DNA from: Acidimicrobiaceae bacterium
GTDB taxonomy: Bacteria > Actinomycetota > Acidimicrobiia > Acidimicrobiales > RAAP-2
Reading direction: 5' to 3'
Assembly: GCA_027306525.1 (NCBI GenBank)
Contig: DAHUZM010000079.1
Location: forward strand, 244-64,243
Length of the DNA: 64,000 nucleotides
The notes under the pieces were generated by a model, which was given only the letters and a program-made list of their open reading frames with translations, was not told where the DNA came from and did not search any database. Positions 44,800 to 53,649 of this stretch are shown here, piece after piece. Positions within the stretch are counted from its first letter, which is position 1; every line of letters starts with the position of its first letter. Both the position numbers and the translations under genes were made by a program.

Positions 44800-45790
44800 A
44801 AATCGCCGTATTCAAGCTCGCAGAAAAGAGCAGGTCGAAGGGCGGGTGGTACCCCACTGTGGCGATCTTGCCGTCGCGCACGTCGATGCGAGTGAACACG
44901 GCTTGGTTGAACCGCCGCCGGGTTGGCGCCGACGCTCGCGCGTAGGCGGTGGCGCAGTTGGTGGCAAAGCGCATGGCGGTCTCCAAGATTTCCTGCCATT
45001 CGGCCAGGTGGGCGTCCACCGCGGCGAGGCGTTCTTCGGCGGCGCGGACGTCGGCGGCGATGCGGGCCTGCTCGGTCTTCAACGTGGTGACGTCGATGGC
45101 CGCGGCGTAGTAGGCGTCGAGCAACTTGCGCCGCTCGGTGTCGGCCTTGGCGAGCTTGCGGGTGAGGAACTCCCGTTCCGCCGCGTTGCGGTGCTGGCGG
45201 GCGGTGATCTCTGCTTCCAGTTCTTCGCGGAGGCGCTTGAGCCAGGACTTGGGGAGCTGAATGCGCTCGTAGAGCTGTTCGACTTGGGCTTCGAGGTCGC
45301 CGGCCGGCATGTAGGGCTCTTGGCAGCCGGTCGGGTTGCGGTTCTTCTGGCCTAGGCAGTACAGGTACTCGTAGCGGCCCTTGGCGAGCTGGAACGACAG
45401 TCCCCGCCCGCACACCCCGCAGAACAGGGTGCCCTTCAGGTAGTGGTTGTGCCGCCGCTCCCTCGTCCCGCGCGCGGCGCGGGCGGCGAGGAGGTCCTGG
45501 ACCTGGTTGAACGTGGCGGTCTCGGTGAGGGGTTGGTGCAGGCCGGGGTAGTCGATGCCTTCCGACGGGCCGGTCCCGCCGTCCGCGGTTGCGCAGCCCT
45601 CGGTGGTCGAGTTCGGCGACGAGGCGTTCGAGAGTCCACTCGCCGGTGGCGTACAACTCGAAGGCAGCGGTGATGTGGGGCGCGCGTTCGGGGTCCACCA
45701 CGATGTGGGCAACCTGCCGCCCGCTGATGGTCTCGCGGACGTTGGTGTAGCCGAGCGGGGTTGCCAGCACGTCGAGGGATGCCCCGGCGT
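44789..45790 (-). pseudogene. large serine recombinase pseudogene (recombinase + zinc-ribbon/coiled-coil domains; catalytic resolvase domain missing; at least one frameshift)
   Basis: Frame of ORF 44757..46025 encodes ATPLGYTNVRETISGRQVAHIVVDPERAPHITAAFELYATGEWTLERLVAELDHRGLRN. Frame of ORF 44789..45874 continues GLHQPLTETATFNQVQDLLAARA...HYLKGTLFCGVCGRGLSFQ...YLYCLGQ...GCQEPY, followed by a long coiled coil. No Ser-catalytic N-domain lies before vapB-2 at 46024. Confidence 0.8.
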
Positions 45791-46004
45791 CGTGTCGCTC
45801 GCCGACGTCCGCTTCGGTCGCGACACGGTGGCGGCATGGCTGCATGCTGCATTCCGTACCTGGCTCGGGCTCAAGACATTTCCGGCTCTGGGCCCGGCGG
45901 CTTGGAGCTGGCCAAGGGCAGAGAACTATGACGAACCGATCGCCAACTGAGTCGTACCGCCAGGACGACCGGGTGAGTTGCGGCCGTATGCAGATCGCAA
46001 CGGA

Positions 46005-46016
46005 TATGCTAGCATA
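46005..46016 (+). promoter_or_regulatory. palindromic candidate operator upstream of the second TA module
   Basis: TATGCTAGCATA, a perfect 12-bp palindrome 8 nt upstream of ATG 46024. Confidence 0.4.
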
Positions 46017-46023
46017 GTGCGAC

Positions 46024-46245
46024 ATGAGGACGATCTACCTTCGCAACGTGCCCGACGAAGTTGTCGAGCGCCTGGAACGGCTTGCCGCCCGTGAGCGGAT
46101 GTCGGTCGCGGCGGTAGCGGTGAGGGAGCTCGAGGAAGTCTCGCGCCGGGTGGACAACCCGGCGCTGCTGGGCGACCTGCCGGACCTGGGCATTGATCCG
46201 GTCTCCGTCGTCGCCGACGTGGAAGCGGGGCGCGCCGCGAGGTGA
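46024..46245 (+). CDS. vapB: ribbon-helix-helix antitoxin (FitA/VapB-like)
   Basis: [38 protein letters not shown] is a typical RHH/Arc-type N-terminus. GTGA overlap with the PIN gene. Confidence 0.75.
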   Translation: MRTIYLRNVPDEVVERLERLAARERMSVAAVAVRELEEVSRRVDNPALLGDLPDLGIDPVSVVADVEAGRAAR

Positions 46246-46625
46246 TCGTCGTCGACGCGTCGGCGGCGGTCTCCGCGCTGCTCAACACTGGCCCTGCTCG
46301 TCGGGCATTGGCCGAGGAGCAGGTACATGTCCCTCACCTGATCGACCCCGAGGTCGCCAACGCCCTTCGCCGTGGGGTCGCTGCCTCCCGGGTCGAGCCT
46401 GGCGATGCATGGACCGCGCTCGGCCGGTGGCGCCGGCTCGGCATGTCGCGCTATGCCGTCTTCCATCTGCTGGAACGCGTGTGGGAGCTGCGGGAGAATC
46501 TCTCGGCCTATGACGCTTCGTATGTCGCGTTGGCCGAATCACTCGGCTGTGCACTGCTTACTGCGGACGTACGGCTTGCCAGAGCTCCGGGACTCCGCTG
46601 TCCGGTGACCGTGGTCCCCCGGTAG
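46242..46625 (+). CDS. vapC: PIN-domain ribonuclease toxin (VapC)
   Basis: [42 protein letters not shown]. Confidence 0.85.
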   Translation: MIVVDASAAVSALLNTGPARRALAEEQVHVPHLIDPEVANALRRGVAASRVEPGDAWTALGRWRRLGMSRYAVFHLLERVWELRENLSAYDASYVALAESLGCALLTADVRLARAPGLRCPVTVVPR

Positions 46626-46690
46626 TGGCGGTGCGCCTGGGTGGACGTGATCGTCGATTTTCGGTGGAGGTATGACGAATGCCCGAGAAT

Positions 46691-46792
46691 GAGCGGGTGG
46701 CCGCCATGGCGCCGCCATATGCAAGCCCAGCCACCAGCAGTCCGCAGCATCAGAGGCGCGCAGACGCGCAAGTTAACGATGTCACCTCCACC
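46691..46792 (+). repeat. copy B of the approximately 100-bp repeat (core ATGGCG-C-CGCCAT at 46706-46718; ends in TCACCTCCACC)
   Basis: See copy A. The flank to the right (46793-46880, minus strand) retains a decayed serine-recombinase C-terminal signature (STFVALERIYL...). Confidence 0.8.
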
Positions 46793-46889
46793 CGTTACCG
46801 GCTCATCGGATCTGAGCGGGGTCGCGGCCTGAGGTAGATCCGCTCGAGCGCGACGAAGGTGCTTCACGATTGGTGTTGTGAGGCAACAA

Positions 46890-47065
46890 TTCGGAAGCAC
46901 CTACTTCGTCACTGACCCTAGCGAGATCGTCCGGGCCCTGGTGGGCCTCAAAGACGTCCAGGTCCTCGAGCTGGCCCGCCATGGTCCCGAGGTCCATTTG
47001 ATGATCGAGCAGGTGCTGAGCGAGGTGCGCTGTCCGGCGTGCCGCGGCCCGGCTCGGGTCAAGGA
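46890..47065 (+). pseudogene. N-terminal fragment of an ISL3-family transposase
   Basis: ...IVRALVGLKDVQVLELARHGPEVHLMIEQVLSEVRCPACRGPARVKE matches the ISL3 N-terminal zinc-finger region pattern. Homology stops abruptly afterwards. Confidence 0.55.
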
Positions 47066-47248
47066 GCCTGAAGGGTCCAACAACTCGGTCATGCACTGCG
47101 ACGCCGTCGCGATGCTCGTGATGAGTCGACGGATCTCCCGGCGCGGGCATATCGCCATGCAGTCCAGGTGCTCTGCACGTAGCGACGCGCGACCCGTCCG
47201 GCGGCGCTTGTCGCGGTGGCTCGGGTCGGGGCTGGGGGGTCTGTTTGA

Positions 47249-48110
47249 TCAGGCGACGAACTCGTACTCGTGGATGATTCCGCCGAGCACGTCGCGTCGG
47301 CAGATCGTTCGGGTCAGCGTCTGGCTACCCGCTGATGCCGCCTGCGGCGGCTCGAGCCCGAGGCTCCGGTGCGGACGAGCTCGGTTGTAGTGGAGGAGGT
47401 ACTCGGTCACCACGGCCTCGAGGTGGCGTCTGTTGAAGATGAGGAGTGAGCCGGACGGAGTAGACCACCGAACGGCTCTTCCCTTTGCGAACCGCACGGT
47501 CCGAGAGCGGGTCGTCCCGGCTGGCTTCCGACGCGGCCGTCTCCTCCTCGATGAGCTTCTCCAACTCCTCTTTCTTCATAGTCCCGCCCCTCGTTCCAGC
47601 GGGACCGAGTCCTTCCTCTGCGAGTACTCGTCGGACGTCGTGGCCGACGCCCGGATACCGAGACCCTTGAGCTCCCCTTGGATGCGCAGGTAGCCCCAAC
47701 GAGGGTTCTCTCTCGCCAGGCGCACGATGAGCTTCCGGACTTCGGCAGCGGCGGGCGGTCTGCCTGCGCCGCCCCGCGGGTACGTCCATCGCCTGGCCAC
47801 GAGCCTTCGGTGCTAGCGGAGAAGCGTCTCGGGGGTCACGAAGAACGCGGCCCACGACAGGCGCGGCAAGAGCCTCGAGGCGGCTGAAAGGAACACCCGG
47901 TCGGCATCGTTGAGCTGCGGACGACTGACCTGCCGTCGCAGGGCGGATCGTGACGGAGCACGACCAACTCGAGATCCTAGGAAGCTTCGGAACGGAAGCG
48001 GAGCATCACCAGCGACAAGACGCGTCGAACGAGAACGTAGACCATGGACACGAGCAAGCCGGAAGCCTCCATGGGGTCGAGGTGGATCGGGCAAGTTGGC
48101 TCCTCACCAC
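47249..48110 (-). pseudogene. degenerate second copy of the IS481-like transposase (multiple frameshifts, DDE core deleted)
   Basis: Fragments in three frames parallel the intact copy. MVYVLVRRVLSLVMLRFRSEAS and LRRQVSRPQLNDADRVFLSAASRLLPR...FFVTPETLLR (47813-48174). [46 protein letters not shown] (47576-47800). RHLEAVVTEYLLHYNRARPHRSLGLE...GGIIHEYEFVA (47249-47497). Confidence 0.7.
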
Positions 48111-48556
48111 CTCCGTCGGGGCCGGCACCACGAGAGGGGCCGCGCCAGTTCATAGCTTCACCGGTTTCTGGCACCCCACAGGGTCACGGTCCCGGATGCT
48201 CGCCGCGCCCGGCGCCAGTCGTCAAAGTCAAGCTCACAGCCGAAGGCTGAACTTCTCGGCACGCACAAGGATGATCAGGGCCCGGTACCGAGTCGTTGTG
48301 AATTCCGTTCGGGGTCCACGATGCGATGGCGACACAGCTCGCCCTCCTCGCTCAAGACCCGGATGTCGAGATCGCAGACCCCATCGTTACCAGGACTACG
48401 CCGCCGACGACGACCTCCATTTTCTTGCCCTCCGCTGTCCCGCCGTCGATCGCCCAATGGGTCAGGGTGGCCTGCCAGGTCTCGTTGGGTAGGTGGGCGT
48501 CGGATCGCTGCCAGTAGGTCATTGGGCAACGGTGATCCCGCCGCCGGCGCGCCGGT

Positions 48557-49144
48557 TCAGATCAGCCGAAGGAGACCGTGCAGCCCGATGCCGACACCCG
48601 TATAGGTCGCCGTGAAGCCCACCGAGTACGCGAGGGAGGCGAAGAAGACACGACGACGGCCAATAGGTGCGCCGCCCAGCAGGCGGATGACGGTGACGAC
48701 GATCACGGTCCCTATCAGTCCGGCGGCGACCGTCACCCAGATATCCGAGTCGCGAGTGATCCAGCGAGCAGGGAATTTCAGCAGTCGGCCCTCTCGTAGT
48801 CCCGCGAGTCGTGCTTCGAGCCTCGCTCCCTGTGCATGGATCCACGTGTCCCAGCTCCGCTGGACCCACGAGCAGGAGACAACGTTGACGAAGGTGAAGA
48901 TCGCGGTCGCAGCACCCAACGTTAGGTACCAGGGAAAGAGCACGGTTGCCGTGACGAGAACCGGTGCGAAGAGGAGATCATCCAAGAACGCGTAGACAGC
49001 CACGGCAGTACCGACAATCCCGTAATGGAGCCGCTTGAGCGCCCGCGACCTTGGCTTCGCTGGAGAAACACCGTTGGCGTCCTCTGCGTTTCGGGTCGAA
49101 TTGGCGCGGTGATGCACGCTTACTGGACGTCGAAGATGTGGCAT
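48557..49144 (-). CDS. hypothetical integral membrane protein
   Basis: C-terminal 195 codons of track ORF 48557..49477, from ATG 49144. 4-5 hydrophobic helices (GIVGTAVAVYAFLDDLLFAPVLV..., IWVTVAAGLIGTVIVVTVI...). No family recognised. Confidence 0.4.
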   Translation of the reverse strand: MPHLRRPVSVHHRANSTRNAEDANGVSPAKPRSRALKRLHYGIVGTAVAVYAFLDDLLFAPVLVTATVLFPWYLTLGAATAIFTFVNVVSCSWVQRSWDTWIHAQGARLEARLAGLREGRLLKFPARWITRDSDIWVTVAAGLIGTVIVVTVIRLLGGAPIGRRRVFFASLAYSVGFTATYTGVGIGLHGLLRLI

Positions 49145-49740
49145 GGGTCTTGGGCGACGAGCTCGTCGCGTGCTGGGGTGGGCGGGGAGTCCGAGCTGCA
49201 GCTTGGCGCCGATGCCTGCGGGGCGATACGGCGCCGTGTCATCGTCCGGGGGTGGGACTGCCACCGAATGACCCCGGCGGTGCGCCGACCGGTGCGGGTC
49301 CCATCCGAGCCGATCACCGTTGTCGCCATGGAGCGTTGAGTGGACACGAGAACGATGCCTTTCGAACCTCCCCCAGTCTCGGGTGACAAGGGGGGACCGG
49401 CAAGGGACCAACGACCTCGGATGGGGCTTCGTCACGGGCCAGGCCCTCTGCCTGCCCGGAAGCTCGTTCGGCGACAACGTCGACAGGGACGGCAGTGAAT
49501 AGGGCGGCCTGGTCCGGGATCGGGGAAGAAGAGCAGCTCAGTGCTGTGGCAGCGCATGGCGCAGACTCGCGGACCACGCCCCTCGGCACCGACAGGTCTT
49601 GGCGCGTTCAACAAGATGGCGTTCCGCACGTCACGGCAGCTCGTCGGCGAGTCCTCGGAAGTATGGACTCGTCGCCGGCTCGTCCCGCCGATAGGAGCCG
49701 TCAGCGCCGGCTTCGACACTTGTGCGATGAATAGCCTTGG

Positions 49741-50478
49741 ATGATGGTCGACGTCCACCGATACCATGAGATAGCTGAGTCGACGCACCGGATCATGAAC
49801 CCGCTCACGCTCGAGCGCTTGATGCTCGTGGGTGAAATTTGCCGGCTGAATGCGGACTCGCGCATCCTCGACCTCGCCTGCGGGAAGGGGGAGATGCTCT
49901 GTCAGTTCGCGGCACATCTCGGTGCGACAAGCGTCGGGGTCGACGTCTACCCACCGGTGATCGCGAACGCCCGAGCTCGCGCCATCGAACTGGGAGTGGT
50001 AGACCGCGTCGAGCTCGTCGAAGCGGACGCCGCTGAACCCTTGGGCCTTGGGCAGTTCGACGTTGTCAGCTGCCTCGGAGCGAGCTGGATCGGCGGTGGC
50101 TTGGCCGGAACCCTCCAGATCATGACGGACTACGCCGGCGCGCGGGCGTGGCTGCTTGTCGGTGAGGTGTATTGGGCGCGCCCTCCTTCGACCGAACTGG
50201 CGACGCGCTATGGGCAAGAATTCGCTGACCTCGCTGGCACCCTCGACATCTTCGAGAATGCTGGTCTCGATCTTGTAGAGATGGTGCTCACCAACAGTGA
50301 CGACTGGGACCGCTATGCGGCAAGCCAGTGGCTGAACGTCGCAGACTGGCTGGATGCCAATGTGGACCACCCGGATGCCGCGGCTGTACGTGCCGAGCGG
50401 GACAACTCCCGCCGCCGCTACCTGACCGACGAGCGCGGAACCGTGGGTTGGGGCGTGTTCATCCTCCGTGCCCCGTAG
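49741..50478 (+). CDS. class I SAM-dependent methyltransferase
   Basis: Motif I ILDLACGKGEM, then VGVDVYPPVIANARARA, VELVEADA. Confidence 0.8.
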   Translation: MMVDVHRYHEIAESTHRIMNPLTLERLMLVGEICRLNADSRILDLACGKGEMLCQFAAHLGATSVGVDVYPPVIANARARAIELGVVDRVELVEADAAEPLGLGQFDVVSCLGASWIGGGLAGTLQIMTDYAGARAWLLVGEVYWARPPSTELATRYGQEFADLAGTLDIFENAGLDLVEMVLTNSDDWDRYAASQWLNVADWLDANVDHPDAAAVRAERDNSRRRYLTDERGTVGWGVFILRAP

Positions 50479-50800
50479 CTGGCCACCATGACCTATGGCT
50501 GACCGGTGGACCTGCGCATATCGCTTGCGTTGTCAGGGTTGAACAGGCTCGCTCATGTTCGGCGATCTGTCGTGGCGACCAGAGGCGCTGAGCTAGCGCG
50601 CATATTCACATGCATCGTGAGGGCATCGATCGAACCGTCTGATTTACGCCGGATCTCGCACACGGCAACGACGTGGCCTCCAGGTGCGCGCGACGTCGAT
50701 CCGAGCGCCAAGCTGGCTGATCACTTCGCTCGAACGAAGCACCGACAGAAGTCGGCGAGTCCCGCTCACTTCCAAAACGTTGCAATTCCCGCAATGCCGT

Positions 50801-51868
50801 TCACCAACGGCGCGACTGTGTTGCGAGCAGTCTCGCCGTTGCTGCCTTGGCGAGCCGCAGTGCGCACTGCGGAGGGTAAGGCCACACCGCTTGAACATTG
50901 ATCTCACACAGGACAAAGGTGTCCTCGCCGGACGCCGCCTTGCTCCCATAGAGGAAGTCGGCGTCCCAAATGACTGGGAGTGCCTCGGTCGACAGTCCGA
51001 GGAGCCTCGTCATCTCGGGTACCCACTCGCGTTCTGCTTGCAAGCGGAGCGAGGCAAATGCAGGGGTGTCTGGATCGTCCATTGTCGGAACGGCCAGTGC
51101 GGCACTCTCGTCAACGTCGCTTGGGGCGAGCAAGCCCCGGGGCCATTGGTGGCAGAAACCCACGACCTCGTCATGGACGAAGTACGCCCGGATCATGCCC
51201 TCGGCCAGACGGTTCTGGTACGGCTGGTCGATGAGACAGCCGGACCACTCGAAATAGGCCTGACAGTCCTCGAGGAACGCCCCAAAGAACACCCCTTCGA
51301 GGGGTGTGGCGAGCCTGGGATCGGCGCGCTGCACGAGCACAAGATCCTTGGTGCTTGGCGTGCCCCCGGACCAGCCGCCGGGGAGCTGCAGCCTCCAAAC
51401 GCCTTTTCCACCGGTGCCGCGTGCCTGTTTCACAACCAGACGGCCGTATTGAGCCAACCGGCTCGGGAGGTGCGCGGCGAGGTCCTCCGGCGTGCGGTAA
51501 ATCGCGGTGTCGACGCCCCAGCCCAAATGCCGGGTGGAGAAGAGCACTTCCTTGGTGCCCATCGTGTCGATGACATCGGGATGGGCCGACACCCACACCC
51601 CATCGGCTGCGACGTCACGGAGCATTGCGTCGAGGAGCGCCCGATTGGCTCCTTCGTGAATGGGGTTGACCCAGACCAGCACGCCATCCAGCTCTAAGAG
51701 CTCGGCGCGCACTTCGGTGACGGCATCGTCGGCGTAGACGATATGTCGCGCCTCAACTTCTAGCTCAGCGAAGGCAGAGACGAGTGGGCCCAACATGGCA
51801 TCTGCTCGAGGAGAGACTGGTGCTTCCCTTTGTCCTCGCCAAAGCAAACCAATCCTTGCTACTGCCAC
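50801..51868 (-). CDS. ATP-grasp-fold-like protein (function unknown)
   Basis: 355 aa. GRLVVKQARGTGGKGVW and FVLCEINVQAV resemble ATP-grasp nucleotide- and Mg-binding segments. Assignment is tentative. Confidence 0.45.
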   Translation of the reverse strand: MAVARIGLLWRGQREAPVSPRADAMLGPLVSAFAELEVEARHIVYADDAVTEVRAELLELDGVLVWVNPIHEGANRALLDAMLRDVAADGVWVSAHPDVIDTMGTKEVLFSTRHLGWGVDTAIYRTPEDLAAHLPSRLAQYGRLVVKQARGTGGKGVWRLQLPGGWSGGTPSTKDLVLVQRADPRLATPLEGVFFGAFLEDCQAYFEWSGCLIDQPYQNRLAEGMIRAYFVHDEVVGFCHQWPRGLLAPSDVDESAALAVPTMDDPDTPAFASLRLQAEREWVPEMTRLLGLSTEALPVIWDADFLYGSKAASGEDTFVLCEINVQAVWPYPPQCALRLAKAATARLLATQSRRW

Positions 51869-51898
51869 CGGCGCCGCTCCGTCATGTCGTTCCTCATG

Positions 51899-52651
51899 TC
51901 AATGTCTAGTCGGCGCCCTCGTGTCGAGATGATGCGCAGTCAGTCCGTGAGGATCGATGTCTTCGGCGGAATGCGTTGGGTCTATGTGAATGGTTGCCGA
52001 GTCCAGACGGTGTACCTCATGGAGGAGACGGTGATGGGCTGTCTCGCCGATCGCGTGCGCTGCGGCGCTGAGCCGCCGAAGTGGGGCGGCCTCGGCGTGC
52101 AAGCTGCCATCGATCCACCTGAGCCGAACATGATCGACTCGGATTACGTGCTTCGCACTGGGCGAGCAGCCGCTCGACTTGATCCATCAGTGCAGGATCA
52201 ACCGCGTCCATCAGTCGACCGTAGATGTCTTGGGCTGCCCGATGAATGGCCAGAAGAATGACGCCGGTGATAAGAAGCCGAAGATCGGGTCGGCGGACTG
52301 CCAGCCCGCGACTACTCCGACCGCTCCGGCGACCAGTCCCAGCGACGACAATCCATCGGTCCGAGCGTGATGACCGTCGGCCTCCAATGCGGCTGATCCG
52401 GTTGGGCGTCCCACGACGATTCGGTACCGAGCGACGATCTCATTGCCGACAAACCCGATCATGCCCGCCGCCGCCACCCATCTGAAGTGGCTGAGATGCG
52501 TGGGATAGACGAGCCGATGGATGGCCTCGTAGCAGGCCAGTCCCGCCGATGCGACCACGAGCACGATAACGATGCCGGCTAGGTCCTCTGACCGACCGTA
52601 GTCGTAGGTGTAGCGCCGCGTGGGTGGGCGGCGACTCAGCCAGAACACCAC
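51899..52651 (-). pseudogene. cation diffusion facilitator (CDF) transporter pseudogene (N-terminally truncated, at least 2 frameshifts)
   Basis: Three successive frames carry collinear CDF segments. SRRPPTRRYTYDYGRSEDLAG...GSAALEADGHHARTDGLSSL...ADPIFGFL (52211-52651). MDAVDPALMDQVERLL (52017-52211). AHAIGETAHHRLLHEVHRLDSATIHIDP (51899-52102). Confidence 0.7.
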
Positions 52652-52847
52652 TGGGTGCGTCGTCTCTCGGTGGCGTGCTCGTGCTCGTGAAGCGAATCCA
52701 CCGACTGCATCACATGGATTCCGGTGTGGAGGGCCAACCGAGCACGTCGAGAGTCTTTTGCATCAGCCGAAGGATGCCTAAGGTTGACTCTTCCTACGGT
52801 ACCGTCAGATCTCTCACTGCGGGTTCGTGACGAGGAGGATGCCTCAA

Positions 52848-53258
52848 GTGGGCAACGACGAAAACCCCTCGACCCGGCCGGGCGACCCCGGGCGGTTTAC
52901 GCGCCAGAAGACGATCCTGCTTAAGACGAAAAAGCGTGACGGCACCTGGGTGGGTACGCCCGTGAGCATCGTCGTGGACCATGATCTCGCCTACGTCCGA
53001 ACCTACGACAGGTCCTGGAAGAGCAAGCGACTCCGCAATTTCCCCGAGGTACGTCTCGCGCCCTCTACGTTCCGGGGCAAGGCCACGGGCCAAGAGTTGC
53101 ATGCTCGGGCTCGCCTCTTGCACGGCCATGAAGCTGAGAAGGCGGCTCGACTTCTCGTCCGAAAATATCCTGTCCTGCACGGCTTCCTCGTACCGCTCTC
53201 GCACAAGGTGATGCGCACCAAGACGCTCCACTACGAGCTAAGTGGGTTCGCTCTTTAA
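52848..53258 (+). CDS. PPOX-class (pyridoxamine 5'-phosphate oxidase fold) probable F420-dependent enzyme
   Basis: KTILLKTKKRDGTWVGTPVSIVVDHDLAYVRTYDRSWKSKRLRNFPEVRLAPSTFRGKATG...EAEKAARLLVRKYP follows the small PPOX/F420 split-barrel family pattern. GGAGG lies 9 nt before GTG 52848; the track ORF starts at 52827. Confidence 0.65.
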   Translation: MGNDENPSTRPGDPGRFTRQKTILLKTKKRDGTWVGTPVSIVVDHDLAYVRTYDRSWKSKRLRNFPEVRLAPSTFRGKATGQELHARARLLHGHEAEKAARLLVRKYPVLHGFLVPLSHKVMRTKTLHYELSGFAL

Positions 53259-53649
53259 GGCGAGGACATCCGTCACCCAGCTTGCCCGTGATCGGTGCTG
53301 GCGAGGGACAGCAGCTCCGAGCCGGCCCGAGGCGTATCGTCTGTGACGAGCAGAGATTGGCGCCTCGGGCGAGTTTCGACCAGGCACTCTCGCCACGGAA
53401 CTCCGAAAGGCGTCGAGCACGGTTTCATTTGCTCGTCCTGGGGACCGTTGGATTGTGGCGATGTCCTGCAACTGCGGGGCCCGCGCTCCACCTCGATCCA
53501 GGGGGCGACGATACGGCGGGGCCCAAGTGGGATGGAGCCGGCTGTCGAAGTCGGGTAGCCCGATCGTCACCTGATCCGAGACGGATTGGGCCGCTGCCAG
53601 GGGACATTCGGCCCTGGCATTCAGCCCCAGGAGGTCGTCTGCTGTAACG

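Larger units (their letters stand above)
42046..48110. mobile_element. degraded integrative/mobile-element mosaic adjacent to tRNA-Ala
   Basis: Contains an intact IS, two vapBC modules, a truncated serine recombinase, ISL3 and IS481-like fragments, and repeats that carry the tRNA 3' terminal 11-mer. The right boundary is uncertain; accessory and decayed genes continue to about 54.5 kb. Confidence 0.55.

Noticed and set aside
47500-47575. Small ORF-like segment [19 protein letters not shown]... inside the degenerate IS copy, considered as an independent small gene or antitoxin fragment.
   Set aside because: It is only about 25 codons of recognisable helix before frame breaks, has no start or RBS context of its own, and lies exactly where the DDE core was deleted. 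It is treated as filler or relic sequence.
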